NCBI GenBank assembly: GCA_013298895.1 | Contig: JAAFJM010000015.1 | Span: 7,811-71,810 of the forward strand | Source: Bacteroidota bacterium | GTDB taxonomy: Bacteria; Bacteroidota; Bacteroidia; UKL13-3 | Direction of reading: 5' to 3' | DNA length: 64,000 bases | In this document: positions 1 to 11,304 of the stretch, piece by piece | Layout: every line of letters begins with the position of its first letter | Numbering within the stretch: position 1 is the first letter of the stretch | Notes under the pieces: model-generated | The model's database searches: none | Seen by the model: the letters and a program-made list of their open reading frames with translations, nothing else | Told to the model about the DNA's origin: nothing | Program-made: the position numbers and the translations under genes

Positions 1-894
1 TAGAGTAGTGTTACCATTTACATTTAAAGTTTCTCCAACTGTAATGGTTCCGTTATTGGTAGTAGTAGATTGATTATTTAAATTAAAATCGCCAGTGGTG
101 ATTAGAGTTCCATTATTAGTAACTGTTCCACCTGGAGAAAATGAATTACTAACAGTTACTGTTCCCCAATTTTGGAAAGACGAGCTAGAACCATTTAAAT
201 TCAAATTATTAAATGTAGCAGAACCTGTAGAAGTTACAATTAACGCACAACTATTATTAACTGATGCGTTTTGAACATTTACGTTGGTTCCACAAATTCT
301 GATTGTTCCACCGTTGCCGTTAAATCCAACTGTAATGTTACTACCAGTAATACAAACCACATCACCATTGTTAACGTTTAAGTTACTAGTGCTTGTAGTA
401 ATAGTTTGTGTGCAACCACTTGAACAATTTGGGCTACCAGTTTTACCTAATCCAGTTTTGCCAACTTGCGTTGTGTAACCTAAGGCAACTGTTACATTTT
501 TCGAATCTAAATCAATGTATTTGTTAATTTCTGAACCATCAGGCGATACTTTTGAAACAAACACACGTTTAATGGTATTTGATAAATTAATTTGTGATAC
601 AAATCCTGCATTTAAAGTAGCTGCCCCGCGAGCAATTAACTGTCCACCAGCTAAAGGATTTTCATCGTAAACAGATACAATATGTACGGCCTCTTGAAAA
701 CGAGTATCAGTAATATTGATTGTTAAATTTACATCTCTTGAGTTTTCCCAAGTAAAATTAGCAGGAACAACTAGGTCGTTCATATTGCTAACGTTATTGT
801 TTAAGTCAGGAGTATTTTCTTTAACAACATCTTTTGTACACGAACCTAAAAATAATAGGGTTAATGCTGTAATTGATAAAATTGTTTTTTTCAT
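1..894 (-). CDS. Partial lipoprotein (runs off the window edge), probable LruC-domain family paralog with an Asn/Thr/Gly-rich beta-solenoid-like region
   Basis: Absent from the ORF track; translated by hand from ATG at 894: MKKTILSITALTLLFLGSC (lipobox) ...VPANFTWENSRDV...VYDENPLAGGQLIARG. This aligns with the N-terminus of the 2229-3515 protein (PPINFGWENSKTV...VYTQNPKLGGKLITSG). Frame stays open to position 1. Confidence 0.8.
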   Translation of the reverse strand, partial: MKKTILSITALTLLFLGSCTKDVVKENTPDLNNNVSNMNDLVVPANFTWENSRDVNLTINITDTRFQEAVHIVSVYDENPLAGGQLIARGAATLNAGFVSQINLSNTIKRVFVSKVSPDGSEINKYIDLDSKNVTVALGYTTQVGKTGLGKTGSPNCSSGCTQTITTSTSNLNVNNGDVVCITGSNITVGFNGNGGTIRICGTNVNVQNASVNNSCALIVTSTGSATFNNLNLNGSSSSFQNWGTVTVSNSFSPGGTVTNNGTLITTGDFNLNNQSTTTNNGTITVGETLNVNGNTTL

Positions 895-1223
895 GATTTT
901 TAGTTTTTCTTTTTAATTGTGTTCAATAATTGGGCTTAAATTGCAAAGTAATGATTTATAGGACTTTGGTTTTTAACATACTTCTGAACATGTATCAATA
1001 TGGGACATTTTTTCTCAAAATAGTACCTTAACATTTTGTTTAGGTCTGAAAAAGATTCAGTTAGAATAGGTGAAACAATCATTCAATAATTGAAAAATAG
1101 TTCAATTTCTTTATTTATTTCTGAAATTTCGAATTGAGTTTTTTTATAAACATAAGAAAAATCGGAGCAAAAAAGGTTGAACAACTCATATTTATTAATA
1201 ATTTGCGGCCTCATTTATTTTAC

Positions 1224-2087
1224 ATGGCATCAGGCATTTTTGCAATTTTAGACGATATAGCAACTTTAATGGACGATGTGGCTTTAACAGCTAAAGTAGC
1301 CACCAAAAAAACAGCGGGTATTCTTGGAGATGACTTGGCTGTAAACGCTGAAAAATCGACAGGTTTTGTTTCATCGCGAGAGATTCCAGTACTTTGGGCA
1401 ATTACCAGAGGTTCATTTATTAATAAATTAATTATAGTACCAATAGCCTTGGTTTTAAATTTGTTTTTACCAGAAGCTATTAAAGTAATACTTCTTTTAG
1501 GTGGATTTTATCTGGCATTTGAAGGAGTTGAAAAAATGATTGAATATTTTTTTCATAAAAACCAAGTATCTGAAAATACGGCTACAGAGCCTGTAAACGA
1601 TGAGTTAGATTTAGAGAAAGTAAAAATAAAATCAGCCATTACCACCGATTTTATACTTTCGGTAGAAATTGTAATTATAGCATTAAGTACAGTTTTAGAC
1701 CAAAATATTACCATTCAAATATTAACTGTTTCAGTTGTTTCTATAATAGCTACAATTGGAGTTTATGGACTTGTTGGTTTGATTGTAAGAATGGATGATG
1801 TGGGATATAGTTTAATAAAAAAGTCAAATCAAAAAGGAATATTAAATTCTGTAGGTACTATTTTAGTTAAAACATTACCTCTTGTTATCAAATTTTTTGC
1901 AGTAGTTGGGACTATTGCTTTAATTTTGGTTTCAGGTGGAATTTTTGCGCATAATATTGATTATTTGCATCATGTTTTACCTCAATGGTCTGGTTTGCTT
2001 AAAGAATTATGTTATGGCATTGTTGGTGGATTTATTGCATTATTATTGGTTCACATTGCCAAATTAGTTATTCGTTTAATTAAATAG
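1224..2087 (+). CDS. DUF808 (YedI-like) inner membrane protein
   Basis: MASGIFAILDDIA...AGILGDDLAVNAE...REIPVLWAI...AITTDFILSVEIVII motifs; start moved to ATG 1224. Confidence 0.9.
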   Translation: MASGIFAILDDIATLMDDVALTAKVATKKTAGILGDDLAVNAEKSTGFVSSREIPVLWAITRGSFINKLIIVPIALVLNLFLPEAIKVILLLGGFYLAFEGVEKMIEYFFHKNQVSENTATEPVNDELDLEKVKIKSAITTDFILSVEIVIIALSTVLDQNITIQILTVSVVSIIATIGVYGLVGLIVRMDDVGYSLIKKSNQKGILNSVGTILVKTLPLVIKFFAVVGTIALILVSGGIFAHNIDYLHHVLPQWSGLLKELCYGIVGGFIALLLVHIAKLVIRLIK

Positions 2088-2228
2088 TTGGCCAATACGA
2101 AGAAAAAAACTATTTCAATTTTACAACTTTATTATCTTGAACTGTTATCCATAAAATTACGTACAGATGATAGCAGTTTAACCTTGAGTTTTATGAAATT
2201 TTTATACCCAATTTTTTATATTGAAAAA

Positions 2229-3515
2229 CTAAGGTTTTATAAAAATTTTATCGTTATTTCTATAACCACTTTTGTTTAAATACCAATCGTTGCTTTGCAC
2301 TCCACACGATTGTACCCAATCGTTAAACTTCAAATAAGCCTCGTTTATTTTACTTTTTTCTTTTGGATAATTAAATGGAACAGGAATATTTAGAGCCCAA
2401 GGCATTTCGTTGGTTTTTGATACATAATACCTACCAAAGGTTAAGCTTGAATTATCTAAATGGGTTCCAAATAAATTTACATTGGCTAAATTAGTTGGTA
2501 AATTATTGGGCAAATGTACCTCATAACCTCTACCAAAACCATTGGTATTATTCCAAATAAATGGATTATAAGCACTCAAACCAAAATCGGCTAACAGAGG
2601 ACCATTTATTACATTAAAACTCACATGGTAATTAATAGAATCAGAAATACCTTGAGTAGAGACTGTATTGTAAGTTTCCATTTCGTTACGCATATTGTTA
2701 AATAAAATAATAACTGCTTTGTTTTGACCACTTTCTAGCCCTGCTCCCGAAAGTTCGTTAACTTGACTTCTGCTTATTGGAAACTCAACACCAAAACCGT
2801 TTTTAAACGAACCTCCGGTTGCCAATAATGTATAATTTGCTAAAACTTGTACTACTTTGTTGTTAGCATTGGTTACAATATTGTATTTATAACTTACAAC
2901 CACATCGTTCATGTCATAATCGCCTAGTGTTGGCCATAAATCTTCAAAAGCCAAAGTAGCTTTGCTATTTTCAAAAGGATAGTAGTTATTATATGCTTTG
3001 GTTGAATCGTGTGGATATTGATCAACAGAGTCAGGCACCAAATCATTATCAGAATCTATTTGAGGAGGAATGATGTTTTCAGTTTTACCTAAACTAGCAT
3101 TGGCATTGTTAAATTTAACCGTTATCATGGTTTTGTTTAAAGCCACTTCTTGGTTATAAATTCCTACTCCAGGAACTATTTCTTGTATAAAAACTTTATC
3201 GTAAATATTGGCTAACGAAAACTGTGTTTCAAAATTATTAGTAGCCGAAGCAGTTCCGCTTGTAATCAGCTTTCCGCCCAATTTAGGATTTTGGGTGTAT
3301 ACAGCAATAACATGCTTTTCTGTATTAGTTTTAAATGCAGTAATGCCCACATTTAACTTTACAGTTTTTGAATTCTCCCAACCAAAATTAATAGGTGGAA
3401 CGCCAAAACCTCCATTACTAGTGGTTCCATCTTTAGGCATCAGTTTTGGCTCCTTTAAACATGATATGGCAAAACCAATTACAATAACAGATAAAATTGT
3501 CTTTAATAGTTTCAT
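2229..3515 (-). CDS. LruC domain-containing (DUF4842-like) lipoprotein
   Basis: Lipobox FAISC; DSDNDLVPD; TLAFEDLWP..GDYDMNDVV; YEVHLP; PWAL.IP...F.YP.E; start moved to MKLLK (3515). Confidence 0.85.
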   Translation of the reverse strand: MKLLKTILSVIVIGFAISCLKEPKLMPKDGTTSNGGFGVPPINFGWENSKTVKLNVGITAFKTNTEKHVIAVYTQNPKLGGKLITSGTASATNNFETQFSLANIYDKVFIQEIVPGVGIYNQEVALNKTMITVKFNNANASLGKTENIIPPQIDSDNDLVPDSVDQYPHDSTKAYNNYYPFENSKATLAFEDLWPTLGDYDMNDVVVSYKYNIVTNANNKVVQVLANYTLLATGGSFKNGFGVEFPISRSQVNELSGAGLESGQNKAVIILFNNMRNEMETYNTVSTQGISDSINYHVSFNVINGPLLADFGLSAYNPFIWNNTNGFGRGYEVHLPNNLPTNLANVNLFGTHLDNSSLTFGRYYVSKTNEMPWALNIPVPFNYPKEKSKINEAYLKFNDWVQSCGVQSNDWYLNKSGYRNNDKIFIKP

Positions 3516-3738
3516 AGTTACAAAACTCAAAGCATATACTATTCCACAATATACAAACAACTATTTTACAGTATATTATAAAAATAAAATTCTTCAAAAT
3601 AGGCTCAAAATGGGATTTAAACCACCAAATTAAGCCTAGCTTGTAATTATTTTATATTATATATCAATTTGCTTAAAATGGTAAAATGCAGTTAAAAGTA
3701 AGCTCTAAAACAGCAGTATTTATTGACCTTGAGAGCCT

Positions 3739-3759
3739 TATTTAAATTTAGTCTAAATA
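3739..3759. promoter_or_regulatory. Imperfect 21-bp palindrome upstream of sdhCAB, possible Fur-family box
   Basis: TATTTAAATTTAGTCTAAATA, about 85 bp before sdhC. Confidence 0.35.
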
Positions 3760-3842
3760 CTTGCTTTTGATTTTAATCAGCTACACCTTTACTCACGCTT
3801 CGGTTACATTCGCAGTCATAAATAAATTTACAATAAATAAAA

Positions 3843-4619
3843 ATGAATTGGATTACTAAAATGTTTAGCTCTTCGCTAGGTCAAAAATTAATCATGGCAC
3901 TTACAGGATTGTTCTTATGCTCATTCTTGATAATACACATGGTAGGAAATTTACAGCTATTTAAACACGATGCTGGATTAGCTTTTAATAAATATGCAGT
4001 ATTTATGACAACAAATCCTTTAATCAAAACCACCTCGTATTTATTATATGCCGCTATTTTGTTTCATGCATTTAAAGGTATTGCTTTGGTTTTCCAGAAC
4101 AAAAAAGCACGTCCAGTTAAGTACCAAGCTTTCGATGGAAAAGCCAATAGCCATTGGAGCAGCCGCAATATGGGTGTTTTAGGAACTATTATTTTAGTTT
4201 TTGTGGTAGTACACATGAGTAATTTTTGGGCAGAATACAAGTTTGGTCATGTGCCTTACACTCGTTATACCGAAAATATTCAAACTGGCGAAATTCAGTC
4301 TGATTACATGCCTGCAGATTTTACCATGAACTCAAAAATGGAAGAGCAAAGCGAAGGTTTAATGAAAGTAACTATTGTAAAAGACTTATTCCGCTCAGTG
4401 GAATTAGGATTTAAAGAATTATGGTTAGTAGCATTATACATTATAGCTATGGCTGCATTATCGTTTCATTTATACCATGGTTTTAAATCGGCTTTCCAAA
4501 CTATGGGTTTAAATCATAAAAAATATAATGGTGCTATAAACTTTATTGGAATTGGCGTGTTTGCTATATTAATTCCAATTGGATTTGCAGCAATGCCACT
4601 TTACTTTTTTATCAAATAA
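3843..4619 (+). CDS. sdhC: Succinate dehydrogenase/fumarate reductase cytochrome b subunit
   Basis: SSLGQKLIMALTGLFL..FL..H..GNL; heme His residues; HL.HGF.SAFQT.G; first gene of sdhCAB. Confidence 0.95.
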   Translation: MNWITKMFSSSLGQKLIMALTGLFLCSFLIIHMVGNLQLFKHDAGLAFNKYAVFMTTNPLIKTTSYLLYAAILFHAFKGIALVFQNKKARPVKYQAFDGKANSHWSSRNMGVLGTIILVFVVVHMSNFWAEYKFGHVPYTRYTENIQTGEIQSDYMPADFTMNSKMEEQSEGLMKVTIVKDLFRSVELGFKELWLVALYIIAMAALSFHLYHGFKSAFQTMGLNHKKYNGAINFIGIGVFAILIPIGFAAMPLYFFIK

Positions 4620-4653
4620 TTAAATAAACATTTACCGTTAATAATATATAAAG

Positions 4654-6651
4654 ATGTTAGATTCAAAAATTCCTCAAGGCCCAATAGAATCAAAATGGAC
4701 AAAGTACAAATCTACAGTTCCATTGGTAAATCCTGCTAACAAACGTAGTTTAGAAATTATAGTTGTTGGAACAGGTTTGGCAGGGGCTTCGGCTGCTGCT
4801 ACACTAGCCGAGTTAGGTTATAAAGTTAAATCTTTTTGTTTTCAAGATTCTCCTCGTAGAGCGCACTCAATTGCTGCACAAGGAGGTATAAATGCTGCTA
4901 AAAATTATCAAAATGATGGTGACTCAGTTTACCGTTTATTTTATGATACAATTAAAGGTGGTGATTACCGTGCGCGCGAAGCAAACGTTCATCGTTTAGC
5001 TGAAGTAAGTGGTAATATTATTGACCAATCAGTTGCTAGTGGTGTACCTTTTGCTCGCGAATATGGAGGGTTATTAAGTAACCGTTCGTTTGGTGGAACA
5101 CAAGTGCAACGTACTTTTTATGCTGCTGGTCAAACGGGTCAACAGTTATTATTAGGTGCATACTCAGGTTTACAACGCCAAGTTGGTTTAGGTAACGTAC
5201 GTTTATACTCACGCCACGAAATGTTAGATGTGGTTAATATTGATGGCAAATGCCGCGGTATTATAGCTCGCGATTTGGTTTCGGGTAAGTTAGAGCGCCA
5301 CTTTGGACATGCAGTATTGTTATGTACTGGTGGATACGGTAACGTATTTTTCCTTTCAACCAATGCAATGGGAAGTAACGTAACTGCAGCTTGGAAAGCA
5401 CATAAAAAAGGTGCATTCTTTGGCAATCCTTGTTATACTCAAATTCACCCAACTTGTATTCCTGTTTCGGGCGATCACCAATCAAAATTAACTTTGATGA
5501 GTGAATCATTACGTAACGATGGTCGTATTTGGGTTCCAAAACGCAAAGAAGATGCAGCTGCTATTCGCGAAGGAAAATTAAATCCTAACGATTTAAAAGA
5601 AGAAGATAGAGATTATTACTTAGAAAGACGTTATCCTGCGTTTGGTAATTTAGTACCTCGCGATGTGGCTTCACGTGCTGCTAAAGAGCGTTGCGATGCT
5701 GGTTTTGGTGTGAATAAAACAGGCGAAGCTGTTTATTTAGATTTTGCTTTTAACATGAAGTATAAATATGGTAAACAAGTAGCTACTTTAAAACATATTA
5801 CTGACCCAACCGAAGAGCAATTAACTGCATTTGGCCACGAAGTAATTAAAGAAAAATATGGTAATTTATTTGACATGTACAAACAAATTACCGGTGTTGA
5901 TCCTTACAAAAACCCAATGATGATTTACCCTGCGGTACATTACACCATGGGTGGTTTATGGGTTGATTATAACTTAATGACAACCGTTCCTGGTTTATAC
6001 GCTTTAGGTGAAGCTAATTTCTCTGACCACGGTGCTAACCGTTTAGGAGCGTCGGCTTTAATGCAAGGTTTGGCTGATGGTTATTTTGTAATTCCTTATA
6101 CTATTGGTGCTTATTTAGCTAACGAAATCAGTGTAAAACCTATTTCTACAGACCATGAAGCTTTTGTAAAAGCAGAAAACGAAGTTAGCGATAGATTGAA
6201 CAAATTATTAGCTATTAAGGGAACCAAACCAGTTGATTATTTCCACAAACGTTTAGGTAAAATTATGTGGGATAAATGTGGTATGGCTCGTAATGTAGAA
6301 GGTTTAACTTGGGCTATTTCTGAAATTCAAAAAATTAGAGAAGAGTTTTGGAAAGATGTGCGTGTACCGGGCGATGCTAATGAGTTTAATCCTGAATTAG
6401 AAAAAGCTGGTCGTGTAGCAGATTTTATTGAATTAGGCGAACTAATGTGTAAAGATGCTTTAGAGCGTAACGAAAGCTGTGGAGGTCACTTCCGCGAAGA
6501 TTACCAAACTGAAGAAGGTGAAGCATTGCGCGATGATGAAAACTTCAAACATGTAGCTGCTTGGCAGTTCAACGAAGTTGGTAATTGGACTCTAAACAAA
6601 GAAGATTTAGTTTACGAAAACATAAAAATTGCGCAACGTAGCTATAAATAA
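4654..6651 (+). CDS. sdhA: Succinate dehydrogenase/fumarate reductase flavoprotein subunit
   Basis: GTGLAG FAD motif, [41 protein letters not shown]. Confidence 0.97.
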   Translation: MLDSKIPQGPIESKWTKYKSTVPLVNPANKRSLEIIVVGTGLAGASAAATLAELGYKVKSFCFQDSPRRAHSIAAQGGINAAKNYQNDGDSVYRLFYDTIKGGDYRAREANVHRLAEVSGNIIDQSVASGVPFAREYGGLLSNRSFGGTQVQRTFYAAGQTGQQLLLGAYSGLQRQVGLGNVRLYSRHEMLDVVNIDGKCRGIIARDLVSGKLERHFGHAVLLCTGGYGNVFFLSTNAMGSNVTAAWKAHKKGAFFGNPCYTQIHPTCIPVSGDHQSKLTLMSESLRNDGRIWVPKRKEDAAAIREGKLNPNDLKEEDRDYYLERRYPAFGNLVPRDVASRAAKERCDAGFGVNKTGEAVYLDFAFNMKYKYGKQVATLKHITDPTEEQLTAFGHEVIKEKYGNLFDMYKQITGVDPYKNPMMIYPAVHYTMGGLWVDYNLMTTVPGLYALGEANFSDHGANRLGASALMQGLADGYFVIPYTIGAYLANEISVKPISTDHEAFVKAENEVSDRLNKLLAIKGTKPVDYFHKRLGKIMWDKCGMARNVEGLTWAISEIQKIREEFWKDVRVPGDANEFNPELEKAGRVADFIELGELMCKDALERNESCGGHFREDYQTEEGEALRDDENFKHVAAWQFNEVGNWTLNKEDLVYENIKIAQRSYK

Positions 6652-6728
6652 AAGTTAATAAGTTAAAAGGTTAGCAGTTTATTTAGTTAAACCAATAACC
6701 ATATAATCAACCAATAAAATTAAATAAA

Positions 6729-7496
6729 ATGAGCGGAAATATGAATATCAACTTAAAAGTTTGGCGCCAAAAAAATGGCAAAAGCCAAGGTAAATTAGTT
6801 GATTACAAAGTAGAAGGTGTATCGCCTGATATGTCATTCCTTGAAATGTTTGACGTGTTAAATGATAGATTAGTAAGCGAAGGTAAAGATGAGCCTATTG
6901 CTTTCGATCACGATTGTAGAGAAGGTATTTGTGGTATGTGTAGTATGTACATCAATGGTCGTCCGCATGGACCAAACCAAGGTGTAACTACTTGTCAATT
7001 GCACATGCGTAGTTTCAAAGATGGCGATACCATTGTGGTTGAACCATGGAGAGCTGCTGCATTTCCAGTTATAAAAGATTTAGCTGTGAATAGATCAGCG
7101 TTCGATAGAATTATTGCATCAGGAGGATTTATTTCAGTAAATACTGGTAACGCACAAGATGCTAATAGCTTACCTATTGCAAAAGACAATGCAGATGAAG
7201 CTTTTGCTGCTGCTGCTTGTATTGGCTGTGGTGCTTGTGTGGCTGCTTGTAAAAATTCAAGTGCCATGTTGTTTGTTTCAGCTAAAGTTTCTCAATTGGC
7301 CTTATTGCCTCAAGGCGACCCTGAAAGAAATACACGTGTATTAAACATGGTTGCTCAAATGGATACAGAAGGTTTTGGTGCTTGTACCAATACTGGTGCT
7401 TGTTCTGCTGAGTGTCCTAAAGAAATATCTTTAACCAACATTGCTCGCTTAAACCGTGAGTATTTTGCTGCACAATTAGGTTCAGACAGAAGCTAA
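6729..7496 (+). CDS. sdhB: Succinate dehydrogenase/fumarate reductase iron-sulfur subunit
   Basis: [32 protein letters not shown]e-S motifs. Confidence 0.97.
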   Translation: MSGNMNINLKVWRQKNGKSQGKLVDYKVEGVSPDMSFLEMFDVLNDRLVSEGKDEPIAFDHDCREGICGMCSMYINGRPHGPNQGVTTCQLHMRSFKDGDTIVVEPWRAAAFPVIKDLAVNRSAFDRIIASGGFISVNTGNAQDANSLPIAKDNADEAFAAAACIGCGACVAACKNSSAMLFVSAKVSQLALLPQGDPERNTRVLNMVAQMDTEGFGACTNTGACSAECPKEISLTNIARLNREYFAAQLGSDRS

Positions 7497-7518
7497 TTTT
7501 CAAAGCAATAATTACCTG

Positions 7519-7559
7519 AAAATCCATTAACAGTAATTTTACAGTTAATGGATTTTTTT
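7519..7559 (+). terminator. Rho-independent terminator after sdhB
   Basis: AAAATCCATTAAC...GTTAATGGATTTT stem followed by a T run. Confidence 0.8.
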
Positions 7560-7631
7560 ATTTTCATTATTTGCAACAAAAAGCACTAATTTGCTGTCAT
7601 TAAATTCAATAGTTATAACTACACTATAATC

Positions 7632-10328
7632 GTGATAAAAAATTATTTCAAACCATATTTTTTACTTTTAATATTCAGCTTAATTGCCCAATTAGCATTG
7701 GCTACACATTACCGAGCTGGAGAGATTATATATAGGAATTTATCGGGTTTTAATTATGAAATTACTGTTTATACTTATACAGATCAATACCAACTAGGTG
7801 CAGACCCTGGTACAGCATCTATAGTCATTGATTTTGGTGATGGTAAAGTGGAAACTATCAATAGAACTGCAGTTGATATTTTGCTGAGTGATGTGGCATA
7901 CGGTGTTAAAAGAAATACATACAAAACTACACATACCTACACAGGAAGTAGAACTTTTCAATTATGTGTTATAGATAAAAATAGAGTAAATAATATTTTA
8001 AATATTAATGATGGAAGATCTGTTAATATTCCTTTTGCTGTTACATCGCAAATAGTAATTGGTTCAGGTTTTAGCAATCAATCTCCAATTTTACTCTCAC
8101 TTCCCATTGATAGAGGTTGTGTGAATAAACCCTTTGTTCATAATCCAAGTGCCTACGACCCTGATGGAGACAGTTTAGTTTACGAAATTAAACCACCGCT
8201 CTCGGCTTGTGATGAGGTAGTTCCAGGTTTTCAAATACCAGAATATACTGATTCCTTTTCAATCAATCAAAGTACAGGTTTGTTAACTTGGAGAAGTCCC
8301 AAAAGAGTAGGTATCTACAATATAGTTATAAGGGTAAAAGAATACAGAAGGAATGGAAGTATCAAACCAATTTTGGTTGGTTACGTGGATAGAGATATGC
8401 AAATTAGAATTTCGGAATGTTTTAATAATCCACCTTTAATTTCTAAGTTAGAAAACGAGTGTGTTATTGCTGGAACTTTAATTCAGAAAAATATTTCTGC
8501 CACAGATGTTGATGTTACCAATACCATTAAATTATCTGCATTTGGAGGTCCGTTTGTTCAAAAAAATAGTCCAGCGTTCACCAATCCAACAATTGCAAAT
8601 GGAAATCCAACAGGTTTTTTATTTAATTGGAAACCAGCTTGTACTTCCATAAGAGCAAGTGAATTCCAAGCTGATTTTAAAGCAGAGGATAATGGTTCTC
8701 CAATTCCATTAATTGACGTAAATTCATTTAAAATTAAAGTAATTGGTCCTGCACCTAGTCAACTTAAAATTAATCAAGACAGTAATGGATTAAAACTAAC
8801 TTGGAATCCTGATACTTGCAACTTTGCTTTTGGATACCGAATTTACAGGAAAATTGATAGCTCAAATTGGACGCCTGCAGCATGCCAAACAGGTGTACCT
8901 ATCTCTACAGGATTTGTTTTATTAGATACTGTTCAAGGTGTAAATAATACTCAATATTTTGACAATAATAATGGAGCGGGTTTATCCCCATTGATAAATT
9001 ATTGTTATAGAATAACCTCATTTTATTTGGCCAGAAACGATGAAGGAAAAATAGTGCAATTAGCTGAAAGCTCTGAAGGTAAATCTAGTATTGAAATATG
9101 TGCTACCATTATAAGAACCAAACCAATTATAACCAATGTCAGTGTAATTAATACGGACCAATCAAAAGGCAGCATTTTCGTTAAATGGTTAAAGCCGCTA
9201 TTAATAGACAGTTTAGTTTATTTACCACCATATAGTATGCAGTTGCAAAGGTCAATTTATGGAAGTAATATTTTTAATGATGTTAGTACAGCAAAAGTTT
9301 ATAATACCTTCAATGCAATTCAAAACGATAGTTTAATTGATTCAAACATTAATACTCAAAATAATCAATATAATTATCGTGTAATTTTTTATGCTACTAA
9401 AAATGCCAATTTACAATATGTAGATCAAAGTATAAATGCAAGTTCAATTTATGTTAAGCCATACAACTCCAATAGAACAGTAGTTTTAAACTATAAATTT
9501 GAGGTGCCATGGCTCAATAAAATGTATGACATATACAAAAAGTTTGGTACTGATTTCAAGTTGATAGGCACTACTTTTAATCAATCATACAGCGATACTG
9601 GTTTGGTAAATGGCGAAACATACTGTTATTATATAAAGGCTACAGGATTTTATAATCCTAAACTTTTAGCAGATACACTTTTAAATAATTCACAAGAAGT
9701 GTGTGGAACTCCAATTGATACTATTCCACCTTGTACGCCAATTTTGTCGTATATAAGTCCTTGTAATAAATTCAATTCAAGTACTATTATTCTAAATTGG
9801 AAATACCCCAATTTGTGCACACAAGACGTGAAAAATTATAAGGTTTATTACCGAAAGAAAATCAAAGATACATGGAATTTATTGGCAACATTGGATGCAA
9901 GTAATTTTTCATATACCGATACAAACTCTTTGCTAAAATACAGCATTGCTGGTTGCTACGCAGTTACAGCAATAGACTCCATAGGAAATGAAAGTAGCAT
10001 TAATGGAAATGCATTTTGTATTGATAATTGTCCATATTATGTTTTACCCAATGTATTTACTCCAAACAACGATGTAAATAATTTAAATGAGGTGTTTAAA
10101 CCATTTCCATATAGATTTATTGAGAAAATTGAATTGCAAATTTTTAATAGATGGGGAACTCCAGTTTTTGAAACTACCGATATTGATATAAATTGGAATG
10201 GTAAAGATAAAGAAACGGGCAATGAGTTAAGTGCAGGAACCTATTTTTACACTATAAAAATATTTGAGAATTACCTTGGTGGCACAACTGAAAGAAAAGT
10301 GAGGGGAACCATTACTATAATGAGGTGA
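7632..10328 (+). CDS. Secreted protein with FN3-like domains and a gliding motility-associated (T9SS type B / CHU_C) C-terminal domain
   Basis: Signal peptide then ATHYRAGEI; HNPSAYDPDGDSLVY; C-terminal LPNVFTPN.D..N..F...IFNRWG..VF......WNG.....L..GTYFY. Confidence 0.85.
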   Translation: MIKNYFKPYFLLLIFSLIAQLALATHYRAGEIIYRNLSGFNYEITVYTYTDQYQLGADPGTASIVIDFGDGKVETINRTAVDILLSDVAYGVKRNTYKTTHTYTGSRTFQLCVIDKNRVNNILNINDGRSVNIPFAVTSQIVIGSGFSNQSPILLSLPIDRGCVNKPFVHNPSAYDPDGDSLVYEIKPPLSACDEVVPGFQIPEYTDSFSINQSTGLLTWRSPKRVGIYNIVIRVKEYRRNGSIKPILVGYVDRDMQIRISECFNNPPLISKLENECVIAGTLIQKNISATDVDVTNTIKLSAFGGPFVQKNSPAFTNPTIANGNPTGFLFNWKPACTSIRASEFQADFKAEDNGSPIPLIDVNSFKIKVIGPAPSQLKINQDSNGLKLTWNPDTCNFAFGYRIYRKIDSSNWTPAACQTGVPISTGFVLLDTVQGVNNTQYFDNNNGAGLSPLINYCYRITSFYLARNDEGKIVQLAESSEGKSSIEICATIIRTKPIITNVSVINTDQSKGSIFVKWLKPLLIDSLVYLPPYSMQLQRSIYGSNIFNDVSTAKVYNTFNAIQNDSLIDSNINTQNNQYNYRVIFYATKNANLQYVDQSINASSIYVKPYNSNRTVVLNYKFEVPWLNKMYDIYKKFGTDFKLIGTTFNQSYSDTGLVNGETYCYYIKATGFYNPKLLADTLLNNSQEVCGTPIDTIPPCTPILSYISPCNKFNSSTIILNWKYPNLCTQDVKNYKVYYRKKIKDTWNLLATLDASNFSYTDTNSLLKYSIAGCYAVTAIDSIGNESSINGNAFCIDNCPYYVLPNVFTPNNDVNNLNEVFKPFPYRFIEKIELQIFNRWGTPVFETTDIDINWNGKDKETGNELSAGTYFYTIKIFENYLGGTTERKVRGTITIMR

Positions 10329-10468
10329 TATTTTTACCAAACAACCAAATAACATTGATGTATACCATCAGTATAGTAAATTGAAATGCAAATAAATAAT
10401 TTGTTACTTATAAATAATATTTTTATATTGTGCATTGAATTTATTTGCCTAAATTAATAATAATTTTT

Positions 10469-11209
10469 ATGAAAATAGCCCTACTTGGATATGGAAAAAT
10501 GGGAAAAGCAATTGAAAAAATTGCTGAAGCCAAAGGTCATGAAATAGTGTATCGTGTTGATTTAAATAACGCTTTTGATTTTTTTCCATTAAGTCTAAAG
10601 AATGTGGATGTGGCCATAGATTTTAGCATGCCTACTGCTGCAGTTGATAATATTTTAAAATGTTTTGAAGCTAAGGTTCCAATAGTTGTCGGTACTACAG
10701 GCTGGTACGACCAATTTGATTCAATTAAAGAAAAATGTGAGGCTGAAGGACAAAGTATGGTTTATAGCAGTAATTTTAGTATTGGGGTAAACATATTTTT
10801 TAAAGTAAATAAAATTTTAGCTGAAATTATGAAAAGCCAAGATTATGATGTGATGATTAATGAATCGCATCATACAGGCAAGAAAGACCATCCAAGCGGT
10901 ACAGCCTTAACTTTGGCAAAACAAATTATGGATGAAATTGACAAGAAGGAAAAAATAAAAGACCGCTTAATGTTTGATACTGAAATACCTTCACAAAGCA
11001 CAAAGCCAAACGAATTGTTAATAGAGAGTTACAGAGAAGGTGATGTAATGGGTGACCATACTGTTAGGTATGAAAATGTAATTGATATTATTGAAATTAA
11101 ACACAGTGCCAAAAGTAGATACGGTTTTGCAAAAGGCGCAATTATGGCTGCCGAATGGATTGTAGGCAAAAAAGGAATTTATACCCTTGATGATATATTA
11201 AAATTTTAA
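10469..11209 (+). CDS. dapB: 4-hydroxy-tetrahydrodipicolinate reductase
   Basis: MKIALLGYGKMG, IDFS, GTTGW, NFSIGVN, ESHHTGKKDHPSGTA; start moved to 10469. Confidence 0.95.
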   Translation: MKIALLGYGKMGKAIEKIAEAKGHEIVYRVDLNNAFDFFPLSLKNVDVAIDFSMPTAAVDNILKCFEAKVPIVVGTTGWYDQFDSIKEKCEAEGQSMVYSSNFSIGVNIFFKVNKILAEIMKSQDYDVMINESHHTGKKDHPSGTALTLAKQIMDEIDKKEKIKDRLMFDTEIPSQSTKPNELLIESYREGDVMGDHTVRYENVIDIIEIKHSAKSRYGFAKGAIMAAEWIVGKKGIYTLDDILKF

Positions 11210-11304
11210 GTTTACCGTTTACCCTCTAAAAAGTCATTTTAACATAAACTGCATAATTTATACATTCTTAGATTTAAATATGCAGTGCACTTCAACAAAA
11301 ATTC

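Noticed and set aside
284..916. Plus-strand ORFs 284-478 and 716-916
   Set aside because: Antisense shadows of the real minus-strand lipoprotein gene starting at 894.
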